Part shown: piece by piece, positions 1 through 8,024 of the stretch
Position numbering within the stretch: the stretch's first letter is position 1
How the letters are laid out: the number at the start of each line of letters is the position of its first letter
NCBI GenBank assembly: GCA_964603295.1
Contig: CAZRUG010000005.1
Location: 1 to 50,819 of the forward strand
DNA: 50,819 nt
Direction: 5' to 3'
DNA from: Candidatus Woesearchaeota archaeon
GTDB lineage: Archaea; Nanobdellota; Nanobdellia; Pacearchaeales; GW2011-AR1
The notes under the pieces: generated by a model
Seen by the model: the letters and a program-made list of their open reading frames with translations, nothing else
Database searches by the model: none
What the model was told of the DNA's origin: nothing
Made by a program: the position numbers and the translations under genes

Positions 1-2
1 TA

Positions 3-134
3 ACTTATGTTCCAGAGAGTATTGGAAATTTACAATCATTAAGAAAATTGGATTTAAGAAGTAATCAATTAAACAAAGACTCTTACAAGATAATAGATGA
101 ATTAAAGGCAAAAGGAGTATCTGTGGATGTTTAA
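3..134 (+). CDS. C-terminal fragment of a leucine-rich-repeat (LRR) protein; 5' end lies outside the window
   Basis: The frame is open from the window edge to TAA at 132-134. The translation TYVPESIGNLQSLRKLDLRSNQLNKDSYKIIDELKAKGVSVDV shows the LxxLxLxxNxL LRR pattern. Confidence 0.5.
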   Translation, partial: TYVPESIGNLQSLRKLDLRSNQLNKDSYKIIDELKAKGVSVDV

Positions 135-200
135 AATGCCTAATCCAAGATTTTTAAAATCAACGCAATCTTTATAATAAGTATTTTTCTTATATTATTA

Positions 201-671
201 ATGTCAAAAGAGAGTTACAAAGTTAGAGCTTCAAGAAAAATATACTGGCCATTTTATTTAATGGCTTTGGTAATTGCTTTAATATTAATTATTTTCTATA
301 TCAAAGGAAACGAAATTCATTCAGTTGCATTTTGGTTAGCAATTGTATTTATCATTTTAACAATAAAATACACTGAACTAAATAGATTAAATGATTTTTA
401 TGAAATAAACCCAATGTCTCTTATTCATTGTCATGGTTTAATTAACAAAAAAATTAAAAGTATTGATTACTTTGCTATAAGTGATTTAGATATTGACCAA
501 TCTCTAACTCAAAGAATGATGAACATTGGAAGTGTAAACATTAGACTATTTTCAGAAGACAGCACAACATCAGTAAAAAACATTCCTCATCCAGAAAAAT
601 TTGCTCAGGAACTTGAAAAAACAATAATGAAAAAAAGGAGGAGACTTCAAGAAAAAAATGGAAACTTATAA
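201..671 (+). CDS. Membrane protein with a bacterial-type PH (bPH_2, YdbS/YdbT-like) domain
   Basis: From the ORF track. Two N-terminal hydrophobic helices are followed by SIDYFAISDLDIDQSLTQRMMNIGSVNIRLFS...IPHPEKFAQELEK, which matches the bPH_2 pattern from memory. Confidence 0.55.
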   Translation: MSKESYKVRASRKIYWPFYLMALVIALILIIFYIKGNEIHSVAFWLAIVFIILTIKYTELNRLNDFYEINPMSLIHCHGLINKKIKSIDYFAISDLDIDQSLTQRMMNIGSVNIRLFSEDSTTSVKNIPHPEKFAQELEKTIMKKRRRLQEKNGNL

Positions 672-1344
672 AGAAAAAAAACCAATAACAAGAAAACACT
701 ATAAGGCAGCAGTATTTGTTGCATTTCTTGGAATTATCACACTAATTATTTTAACTTCTTTTGATGGAACCACAACAACAGGAAATACAGTAAAAGAAAA
801 TTTTCAAGAACAAAAACCAATAAACCTAAATGCTGAATTGATGCCCCTCCCTGATATTGAACTAAAAGGAGATTTTGAGTTAATATCAATACAGGGAAAT
901 TCAAACTCTTCTTTTTATGTAAGAGATCAAAAATTCTCCTTTGCAGAATATTCAGATAATTATATTACAATAAAAAAATTTGAAGGAGATTTAAACTTTA
1001 ACAAAGACCAAATTACAGAACTAAATGGAAGAGCAAATTCAGTAATAATCAATGGTGTTGAATTAACTTCAAAAGACACAAGAAAAATAAGAGTTTACTT
1101 TGAAGAACCAGTTCAATACAAATATATTGAAACAATTAATGCTCCCGAAATAAAAGAAATTAATTCAATTTCTTCTGGAAGAATTAGTTTAGATAATGAA
1201 AAAAGAATCTTTAATTTAAATCAAGAGAAGACAATAATTCAAGGATTTAAGGGAAACATTAAAGTAAATGAAAAACTTAAACTAAATGGAAATTTTGATT
1301 CATTAGAAATAAGTGGAGATACAAATATTTTAGTAAAAAACTAA
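658..1344 (+). CDS. Membrane-anchored hypothetical protein with a beta-rich ectodomain
   Basis: From the ORF track. The start overlaps the upstream stop by 14 nt, so the two genes look operonic. There is a single N-terminal TM helix (AAVFVAFLGIITLIILT). I do not recognise the family. Confidence 0.5.
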   Translation: METYKEKKPITRKHYKAAVFVAFLGIITLIILTSFDGTTTTGNTVKENFQEQKPINLNAELMPLPDIELKGDFELISIQGNSNSSFYVRDQKFSFAEYSDNYITIKKFEGDLNFNKDQITELNGRANSVIINGVELTSKDTRKIRVYFEEPVQYKYIETINAPEIKEINSISSGRISLDNEKRIFNLNQEKTIIQGFKGNIKVNEKLKLNGNFDSLEISGDTNILVKN

Positions 1345-1853
1345 ATCTTTCTAGAATCATAAGCCCAATTCAAAAGAGCCTGTCTTTGTTTTTTTCTGCA
1401 TTCAAAATCTTTTTTACTGCAATTCTTTTTTAGTTGTGCAAGATGTCTCTTAAAAGCTTTCCATCTCTTAATTTGTCGAGAATCATCTTCATGTCTCCGC
1501 CCCATATAATAACGACAATACCACTGAAACCACCCACGAGGATCATCTTTATGAATCCACCCTTTCTTTTTCCAATAAGACAAAGGCATTGAAGCATTAA
1601 TTTCAAAATAATTTAACTCAGGTAAATGTTTCTTAACATCTCTGGGAGCAAACTTAGCTTTAGCAAACCAAGATTTAGGAAATTCTTTCAAACAATCTCT
1701 CATATAAACCCCTCCAAAAATTCCTATTTCAAGCATCTCTTTAGGAGTCAACTCTGGATTAAATTCAGAATCAAAATTCTTTCCAGTAGATTCAGTTAAA
1801 TAATAAACATAATTCTTTTGCATTAAATCATTCACAACAACCTTCTTTTTCAT
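1341..1853 (-). CDS. Conserved-looking hypothetical protein (W/R-rich core DPRGWFQWYCRYYMGRR...RQIKRW)
   Basis: From the ORF track. TTTATAAA at 1875-1882 lies 22-29 nt upstream of the ATG at 1853. I do not recognise the family. Confidence 0.6.
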   Translation of the reverse strand: MKKKVVVNDLMQKNYVYYLTESTGKNFDSEFNPELTPKEMLEIGIFGGVYMRDCLKEFPKSWFAKAKFAPRDVKKHLPELNYFEINASMPLSYWKKKGWIHKDDPRGWFQWYCRYYMGRRHEDDSRQIKRWKAFKRHLAQLKKNCSKKDFECRKKQRQALLNWAYDSRKI

Positions 1854-1927
1854 AAAATATCAAGGAGTTCCGAGTTTATAAAATATCTCAACAAAGCTCT
1901 TAAAAATACTAATAACTAATTAATTCT

Positions 1928-2224
1928 ATGAGAAATTATTCAATTTCAGAAATACAAAAACAATATGACTTGCAATTAGAAAAGGTTACTGAGAATATTA
2001 AAAAAGAAAAAGCAAAATTAGTTTTACTTCAATTTGCAGACGGATTAAAACAATATGCAACAACTATTGTAGATTATCTTAGAGAACAAACAAATGCAGA
2101 ATTCTTAATTTGGTTAGACACTTGCTATGGGGCTTGTGACACACCTGTTTTAACAAAAGAACTCGAGAACAAAATTGATTTAATGTTTCAATTTGGACAT
2201 AATGATGTTATGCCTTCGTACTAA
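1928..2224 (+). pseudogene. dph2: Truncated diphthamide synthase Dph2; only the N-terminal ~85 residues are present
   Basis: AKLVLLQFADGLKQYA...CYGACD...LMFQFGH aligns by eye with the start of archaeal Dph2 (..VLIQSPEGLRREA..NYGACD..LIHLGH). Full-length Dph2 is about 330-350 aa. This frame ends at 2222-2224, overlapping the stop of the convergent gene. A TATA-like CTTAAAAATA sits at 1899-1908. Confidence 0.6.
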
Positions 2225-3531
2225 TCCTTAAATTTAATCTCCTTATCTGGGCGGGGAACTTTTCTTAATTTAACACCAGCTTCATACAAGAATTTCATTG
2301 CATCTTTATCAGAATAGTCATGATAACTCACAACTTCTTTAATTCCAGAATTTGCAATCAACTTAGCGCAAACACCACAAGGAGTATGAGTGCAATACAT
2401 TGTAGCTCCAGAAACATTTACTCCATGAATTGCTGCCTGAATAATTGCATTTTGCTCTGCATGAATTGCCCTACAAGTTTCATGTCCATAACCAGAAGCA
2501 ATATTTTGCTCATCCTTTAAACATCCAATATCACAACAATTTGGCATTCCAGATGTAGCACCATTATAACCAGTTGTTAAAACTCTTTTATTCTTAACAA
2601 TAATTGCCCCAATATGATGTCTTAAACAAGAACTTCTTTCAGCAACTAATGCAGTTAATTTCATAAAATATTCATCCCATAAAAGTCTTCCAGAAACTTT
2701 CTTTTCTATAACCTCTTCTTTAATTTCTTCTCTTTGAACTTCTTCTTTCTTAACTTCTATCTCCCTCTCTTTAACATTTTCTTCTTTGTTTTCTAAAACA
2801 GCATCTTCTTTTTTTTCAATCAATTCACTACTTTCTCTTCCAGAAACCTCATTATTCTTAACCTCTTCAGCAGGAATAACTCCTCTCTGCCTCATCATCT
2901 CAATCAGTTGAGTGCCCTTGGCCACATTATCATCTCTTTGAACTTCCTTAGCCTGAATAGCCTCGTGCTTTGCCTTTTCTTTTTCCAAAATATCAACATA
3001 AACTTCTTTAATCTTCTTATATAACTCCTGAAAATCTTTATCATTTTTAATTACATAATCAGACATCTCAATACACTTAGATAAATTCTGCTTATTTGGA
3101 TTTTCATTTTCAAATTCTCTTTCTTCATTTTCCAAAAATTCTTCATAAGAAATATTATCTGTTTCACTTTGTCTAATTAAAACACGCGAGTAACGCACTT
3201 TTGCATCTGCATCAACAGCAATCAAATAACCACCTTTTTGTTTAATTGTCTCTGCTTCTCCAACAGTTCTAATACTTTCAATAATCACATCACCCCCAAC
3301 TGCTTTAGCCTTATCTATTAATTCTCTAATAATATAATCTGAAGAATTTTTTTGTCTTAAATCATTTGCAACTTCAACCATTGAATCTCTATTAACAGGC
3401 AAACCTCTTCGCTGAATCTCTTCAATTAAATAAGCACGAACTGAAAAATGTTTAAAACCCCCTTTTTCAACAAGATACTTTACAACACTTCCTTTTCCAG
3501 CACCTAAAGTTCCAGTTATTCCAATAATCAT
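2221..3531 (-). CDS. Fusion protein: P-loop nucleotide kinase (UPF0200/dephospho-CoA-kinase-like), an E/K-rich linker, and dCMP deaminase (ComEB-type)
   Basis: The N-terminus has MIIGITGTLGAGKGSV and IESIRTVGEAE..RYSRV. The linker is about 100 aa of E/K-rich sequence. The C-terminus has HAEQNAI...PCGVCAKLI, the deoxycytidylate deaminase zinc motif. Confidence 0.8.
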   Translation of the reverse strand: MIIGITGTLGAGKGSVVKYLVEKGGFKHFSVRAYLIEEIQRRGLPVNRDSMVEVANDLRQKNSSDYIIRELIDKAKAVGGDVIIESIRTVGEAETIKQKGGYLIAVDADAKVRYSRVLIRQSETDNISYEEFLENEEREFENENPNKQNLSKCIEMSDYVIKNDKDFQELYKKIKEVYVDILEKEKAKHEAIQAKEVQRDDNVAKGTQLIEMMRQRGVIPAEEVKNNEVSGRESSELIEKKEDAVLENKEENVKEREIEVKKEEVQREEIKEEVIEKKVSGRLLWDEYFMKLTALVAERSSCLRHHIGAIIVKNKRVLTTGYNGATSGMPNCCDIGCLKDEQNIASGYGHETCRAIHAEQNAIIQAAIHGVNVSGATMYCTHTPCGVCAKLIANSGIKEVVSYHDYSDKDAMKFLYEAGVKLRKVPRPDKEIKFKD

Positions 3532-3581
3532 ATAAGAAAAAACAAGAGACTCTTTTTAAGCATTTATGAGATAAAAGGAAA

Positions 3582-4289
3582 CTATATCCAACCACCAAGT
3601 AAACTAACTCCAACTAAAAACAACAAAATACCTGCAATTAAATGCAATCTTCGAATATTTCTTTCTTTCCAACCAGAAACATCTTCAACTTTTTTAAAAC
3701 CAAAATAAATTCCAAAAACAATCAAAGCCATTGGCAAAACAAAAAGAACATTATAATAAATTAACCAAGGCAATGCTTTAATTAAACCAATTTCAGACAA
3801 CAAACCTGAAACAATCACATATGGACCAATTGTACAAGGCAACAAAAACACAGTAACTAAAAATCCAATAATAAAAGCTCCTTTTGGAGAAGTTATTTCA
3901 CCAATAATTTTCTTTGCTTTAGGTCGCATCCACAAAGGCATTTCAGTTGCAATTCCTCCTGGCTTATAAACAAAATAATCCTTAATTTGCAAACCACCAA
4001 TTATCATTGCTAAAACAGCAAGGCCATTATAAAAATAACTTGAATAACCAGAAATAAATTCATTAACAGAATTAAACAAATAAACCATTATAATTCCATA
4101 AAAAATATATCCAATAAAAACAGAAGAAATAAAAGCCATTCCAGAATAAAAAACTTTTTTTGTTTTCTTTGGATCTTGCGAAGACATAACAGCAACAATA
4201 ACCATTGTTAAAACAGCAATTGCACACGGATTCACTGCATCAGCTAATGCCAAAGCTGTAATCCTCGCTAAACTAAAAACTTCTTCCAT
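3582..4289 (-). CDS. ccdA: CcdA/DsbD-family thiol-disulfide electron transporter (membrane)
   Basis: The protein is polytopic and carries the two signature cysteines in ADAVNPCAIAVL and LLPCTIGPY. Confidence 0.8.
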   Translation of the reverse strand: MEEVFSLARITALALADAVNPCAIAVLTMVIVAVMSSQDPKKTKKVFYSGMAFISSVFIGYIFYGIIMVYLFNSVNEFISGYSSYFYNGLAVLAMIIGGLQIKDYFVYKPGGIATEMPLWMRPKAKKIIGEITSPKGAFIIGFLVTVFLLPCTIGPYVIVSGLLSEIGLIKALPWLIYYNVLFVLPMALIVFGIYFGFKKVEDVSGWKERNIRRLHLIAGILLFLVGVSLLGGWI

Positions 4290-4290
4290 T

Positions 4291-4632
4291 TTAACAACCA
4301 GTTAATTCTTTTAATTCTTTAATAGACATAACCCCTGCATAAGTTGTTCCCTCAATTTCCCAAGCAGGAGTTCCTTGAATATGTCCACACTTAGACCAAT
4401 CAGTATTACAAAGAAAAATATTTAGGTATTCTGTATTATTTCCAAACATTGCTTCTTGATCTTCACAATGATGACAACCAATTTGTGTATAAAGAATAGA
4501 ATTTTCTCCAATACATTTTGCTGTTTCAACATCAGCATCAACACTTTTTGGCCAAAACATAATTACTAAAGCAATAACTAAAATTAATACAATAATTCCA
4601 ATTGTTAAATATTGTTGACCTCTCTTTTTCAT
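4291..4632 (-). CDS. Membrane-anchored thioredoxin-like CxxC oxidoreductase (VKOR-associated Trx-like type)
   Basis: An N-terminal TM helix is followed by GCHHCEDQEAMFG...GTPAWEIEGTTYAGVMS. This resembles the Trx-like domain fused to bacterial VKOR (WCPHCQDQKELFG..YPTWIINGRTYTG). It ends 1 nt before the ccdA start. Confidence 0.7.
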   Translation of the reverse strand: MKKRGQQYLTIGIIVLILVIALVIMFWPKSVDADVETAKCIGENSILYTQIGCHHCEDQEAMFGNNTEYLNIFLCNTDWSKCGHIQGTPAWEIEGTTYAGVMSIKELKELTGC

Positions 4633-4656
4633 TTTATAACTAAATAAATTATCTTT

Positions 4657-4971
4657 TTAAAATTTTTGTTGTTGCAATCCCTTATTTTTTTCTAATATAG
4701 AATCAGCTACTTTTTTAACCAAAACATTTTCACCTTTTAAAGAAATCTCTAATTCAGAAATATCAGTATGATTTTCTCCCCGACTAATTCCTTTAGTAAT
4801 TTCAATACAAAATTTTTTTCCAGAATAATATTCTTTCATACCTTCATCAGAATAAACTGCCTGAGCACTTCCAACTAAACCAGCATCTTGCAATTTTGCA
4901 ACTTCTTTATGCACACCCCTCACTAAACAACTATAATTATATTTCTTATTTGGAACCAAATAAATTTCCAT
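4657..4971 (-). CDS. Hypothetical small protein (possible paralogue of 4996-5298)
   Basis: From the ORF track. It shares YSGK...LxGxxxLVxxVxxxIxEK spacing with its neighbour. Confidence 0.45.
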   Translation of the reverse strand: MEIYLVPNKKYNYSCLVRGVHKEVAKLQDAGLVGSAQAVYSDEGMKEYYSGKKFCIEITKGISRGENHTDISELEISLKGENVLVKKVADSILEKNKGLQQQKF

Positions 4972-4995
4972 CAGAACAAGAAACTCGCTTATCTT

Positions 4996-5298
4996 TTAAA
5001 TCTTACTAAACTTTTCCTCAATATCTTTGCAAACCATTTCAACCAAATCTTTTTTCCCTAAAAAATCTGTTCTAACTTGCCAAATTCTTGAACCGCCATT
5101 TTTTCTAACTAAAGAAACAACTAACTCCTTTCCACTATAAAAACAAGTTAATTGATTAGGACCTTCTCTTTGCTCTAAATCCTTTTTTATAATCCCAAAT
5201 TTTACTAAGTCATTAAAATATTCAATAAGATTAGAATACAAATCAGAATAATCTTTATCAGGATTTTGAGTAAAAAATCTTTTTGAACAATAAGTCAT
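4996..5298 (-). CDS. Hypothetical small protein (possible paralogue of 4657-4971)
   Basis: From the ORF track. It shows weak similarity to the neighbouring ORF. Confidence 0.45.
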   Translation of the reverse strand: MTYCSKRFFTQNPDKDYSDLYSNLIEYFNDLVKFGIIKKDLEQREGPNQLTCFYSGKELVVSLVRKNGGSRIWQVRTDFLGKKDLVEMVCKDIEEKFSKI

Positions 5299-5338
5299 TA
5301 AAACCCCTTAATTCAGATTCTTTTTAAAGTTTTACTAA

Positions 5339-5626
5339 TTAATAATCTGGAAGTTCTTCATTAGAATTATCTTTTGGTTCTGCAGGAGCATCTGAAGCCT
5401 TTAAATCAGAGTCATTAATCGAATTAATCATTTCCTTAAACTTTGCAAAAGCTTCAGCAGGGATTCTCAAACCTTTTTTTGTTGGTCCAGAATACTTCTC
5501 ACTTTCAACAAACTCTCTGATATCAACACCAACTTTGCCATTGTATTCTCTTATTCCAATAACAATATTTGTTGTTGTTCCTTGAAATTCTCCTTTTTCT
5601 ATTTTACCAATGTCTTTTTCTGCCAT
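5339..5626 (-). CDS. PC4/Sub1-like ssDNA-binding protein (transcriptional coactivator p15 fold)
   Basis: NIVIGIREYNGKVGVDIREFVESEKYSGPTKKGLRIPAEAFAKFKEMINSIND aligns well by eye with the human PC4 C-terminal domain [44 protein letters not shown]. Confidence 0.75.
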   Translation of the reverse strand: MAEKDIGKIEKGEFQGTTTNIVIGIREYNGKVGVDIREFVESEKYSGPTKKGLRIPAEAFAKFKEMINSINDSDLKASDAPAEPKDNSNEELPDY

Positions 5627-5656
5627 AAAAACCTAAAGAATAAGTCTTTTATAAAT

Positions 5657-5847
5657 TTATTGCCTATCTTTATCATCAGAATTAGAGAGCAAACCTTCTA
5701 ATTTAGTCTGAGAATATGCAGTCATAAAAATTCCAGCTCCACTTAAAATAAAATCATATAAAGAAACTTCTCTCGAAAATACTGATACCCCGTATGCAGT
5801 TAAAGTAGCTCCTAAAAGCCATGTTGTTTGATAAAAATCTTTTCCAT
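5657..5847 (-). pseudogene. Small (~64 aa) membrane-protein gene interrupted by a frameshift, or carrying a homopolymer miscall
   Basis: The ATG at 5845-5847 has CTTTAAAT 20-27 nt upstream. That frame (MEKIFIKQHGF*) stops after 11 codons. The -1 frame continues as WLLGATLTAYGVSVFSREVSLYDFILSGAGIFMTAYSQTKLEGLLSNSDDKDRQ*. One extra T in the T5 run would join the two frames. Confidence 0.3.
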
Positions 5848-5908
5848 AAGGTTTCTATTTCTTTCCATTTAAAGCCGATTTAAAGACAATATTTAAAACT
5901 TTCCACAA

Positions 5909-7633
5909 TTACAATTTATTATTATCTTTCAAAAACTCATTAAGAAAAACAAAATAATCTGTCTTTTCATTCATTGCCATTTTTTCCACAATTAATTCAG
6001 GTGTTGAATTTGCTAATCTGCCTAAAACAGGATTATGGTCAACAATTAATTCAAAGTTTTCATCCAGACCTTTTGCTTCAATTCCATCAATTCGAGTTCT
6101 TTTAGGAAGTATTTTTTTAATCTCATGACCCAAATGAGTTGCAATAATTAAAAAGCAGTTCTTTTGAATATAATAATTTGCAGTAGCAGCAATAATATTT
6201 CCTGCAACACCTGGTTCAGTAACAGCCTCAATTTCATCTGCTAAAATTAAGGTCCTTTCACCAGGATTAATTCCAGACATTTGATTCAATAAATTCTCAA
6301 AAGCACCTTTGTTCATTGCACCCTTATTCTTAGCAAAATAATAAACATCTGTAAACAAAGGAATCTTAACATTACCAAAAACAGGCAAACCAATCTGCGA
6401 CAAAGAAATCAATTGAATCACATGTTCAATCAAAGTTGTCTTACCTCCAGAATTTGCACCAGTTAAAACAGAACATTTAATCTCTTGATTTAAATGAAAA
6501 GAAACAGGTTCTGCATTATCAATTAATAAATTTTTTGAAATATAAATTTGCAATTCATCTTCAATTAAAGGAAACTTCATTTCCCCTTCGACAAATTTAG
6601 AAATACCTGCAATAAAATCAAAAAACAATAATTCATTTTTTAAACTATCTAATTGATTAGGAATTTTCATTAAATCATTTGAATGCATTTTAATTTCTTC
6701 AGCAACTTTAGAAAATTTATTTGAATTATAATCCTTAATGTATTTATTTAACTCAACTTCATCAATTGAAACAGGAATTTCTAAATTTAAAACTTGCTTA
6801 GGTATTTTACTTTCAAAAACAGCTTCTTCAATAACTTGTTTAAGTTGCTCTGGAATTGCTTTTTTATTCAAAAGCGCAACAACAGATTCACCAGAAATTG
6901 TCAATTGTTTAATTTTCTCATTTATTTTTTCATTAATTTCCTCGACCTTTTTTTCAACTTCATCATAACTTAAATCAACAATCTCATCTTCAGAAATTAA
7001 ATTAAACATTGAAAAAAGTTTTTTCACAATATCTTGAATATCTTCTAAAACATCATTATTTTTTAATAATTGAATATTAGTTTTCCACGAAGACAAAATC
7101 TCCAAATACCTCTCTAAATAAGCCTCATCAATTGAATTCAAAAAAACAGCTTGAGGCAATTGCTCCAAAGCCAAGGCAAACTCATTGCATTCTAAAACTT
7201 GAACTAAATCAATTTCTTGCAAACTCACTATATCATTTTCAGAAACCAATAATTTGCAAGGACAACCTTTTGATTTTAATTCATTAAAAATATCTGAATC
7301 TTCTGTAACAACTAAAACATCATACTTTGGAGACCAATTTTCTCTTGGAAAATTAAGCTCCTTTAAAAAATTATTTTCAAATTTAGAAATTGATTTAAAA
7401 AATTCTTGTCTTTTTTTCAAATATTCAAACCCAACACCCAAATAAAAATAATTAAATAAATTAGAAGTATCTGCAAATACAAAATTCTGTGCAATCTTTT
7501 GAAGCAATTTATTATGAACAACCTTTGCATCACGAGTTTTGTAAATTGTTTTTAATGATTTTAAAGAAGTCTTTGTTTTATTAAATGGTGATAATTCATT
7601 CTCTTCAATAAACTGCATTAATTTTACTTTCAT
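5909..7633 (-). CDS. MutS-family ATPase lacking a recognisable mismatch-binding domain (MutS2/MutS5-like)
   Basis: It has a Walker A motif (VLTGANSGGKTTL) and LILADEIEAVTEPGVAGNII, as in MutS domain V. I do not recognise the N-terminal 380 aa. CTTTAAAA lies 22-29 nt upstream of the ATG. Confidence 0.7.
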   Translation of the reverse strand: MKVKLMQFIEENELSPFNKTKTSLKSLKTIYKTRDAKVVHNKLLQKIAQNFVFADTSNLFNYFYLGVGFEYLKKRQEFFKSISKFENNFLKELNFPRENWSPKYDVLVVTEDSDIFNELKSKGCPCKLLVSENDIVSLQEIDLVQVLECNEFALALEQLPQAVFLNSIDEAYLERYLEILSSWKTNIQLLKNNDVLEDIQDIVKKLFSMFNLISEDEIVDLSYDEVEKKVEEINEKINEKIKQLTISGESVVALLNKKAIPEQLKQVIEEAVFESKIPKQVLNLEIPVSIDEVELNKYIKDYNSNKFSKVAEEIKMHSNDLMKIPNQLDSLKNELLFFDFIAGISKFVEGEMKFPLIEDELQIYISKNLLIDNAEPVSFHLNQEIKCSVLTGANSGGKTTLIEHVIQLISLSQIGLPVFGNVKIPLFTDVYYFAKNKGAMNKGAFENLLNQMSGINPGERTLILADEIEAVTEPGVAGNIIAATANYYIQKNCFLIIATHLGHEIKKILPKRTRIDGIEAKGLDENFELIVDHNPVLGRLANSTPELIVEKMAMNEKTDYFVFLNEFLKDNNKL

Positions 7634-7733
7634 AAAAAACTTAACTAAAATGAATTTTAAAGCTTATTGCATTACTTTAGAGTTATAGTCCATTACAATA
7701 ATCTTTATTAATCAGTTATTACTAAAACTTTCA

Positions 7734-8024
7734 ATGTATCATGGGGTAACAGGAGTTCAAACACCTTCTCAAGCTTTTCAAGACTATCAAAATATATTTC
7801 TTAGTTTTATCTATGCATTACAAAACCCTCAAATAATAAACAAAATAGGTGAGATTTCTTTTCAAAAAAGATATCCTCATGTCTCTCTAAATAATTCGCA
7901 AAAAACAAAAGCAAGAAAATTAGAAAAAGAAGTAAAACAAATTTGTATACTATTTTGTTCAAATAACCCAGATAAAGATTTAGTTTTAGCATTAGTTGAA
8001 AATGCCAAAAAATATTGTCATTGA
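7734..8024 (+). CDS. Hypothetical protein (weakly supported)
   Basis: From the ORF track. TTATTAAT at 7705-7712 lies 22-29 nt upstream of the ATG. I see no recognisable domain. The 3' end overlaps the convergent cyclophilin stop. Confidence 0.3.
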   Translation: MYHGVTGVQTPSQAFQDYQNIFLSFIYALQNPQIINKIGEISFQKRYPHVSLNNSQKTKARKLEKEVKQICILFCSNNPDKDLVLALVENAKKYCH

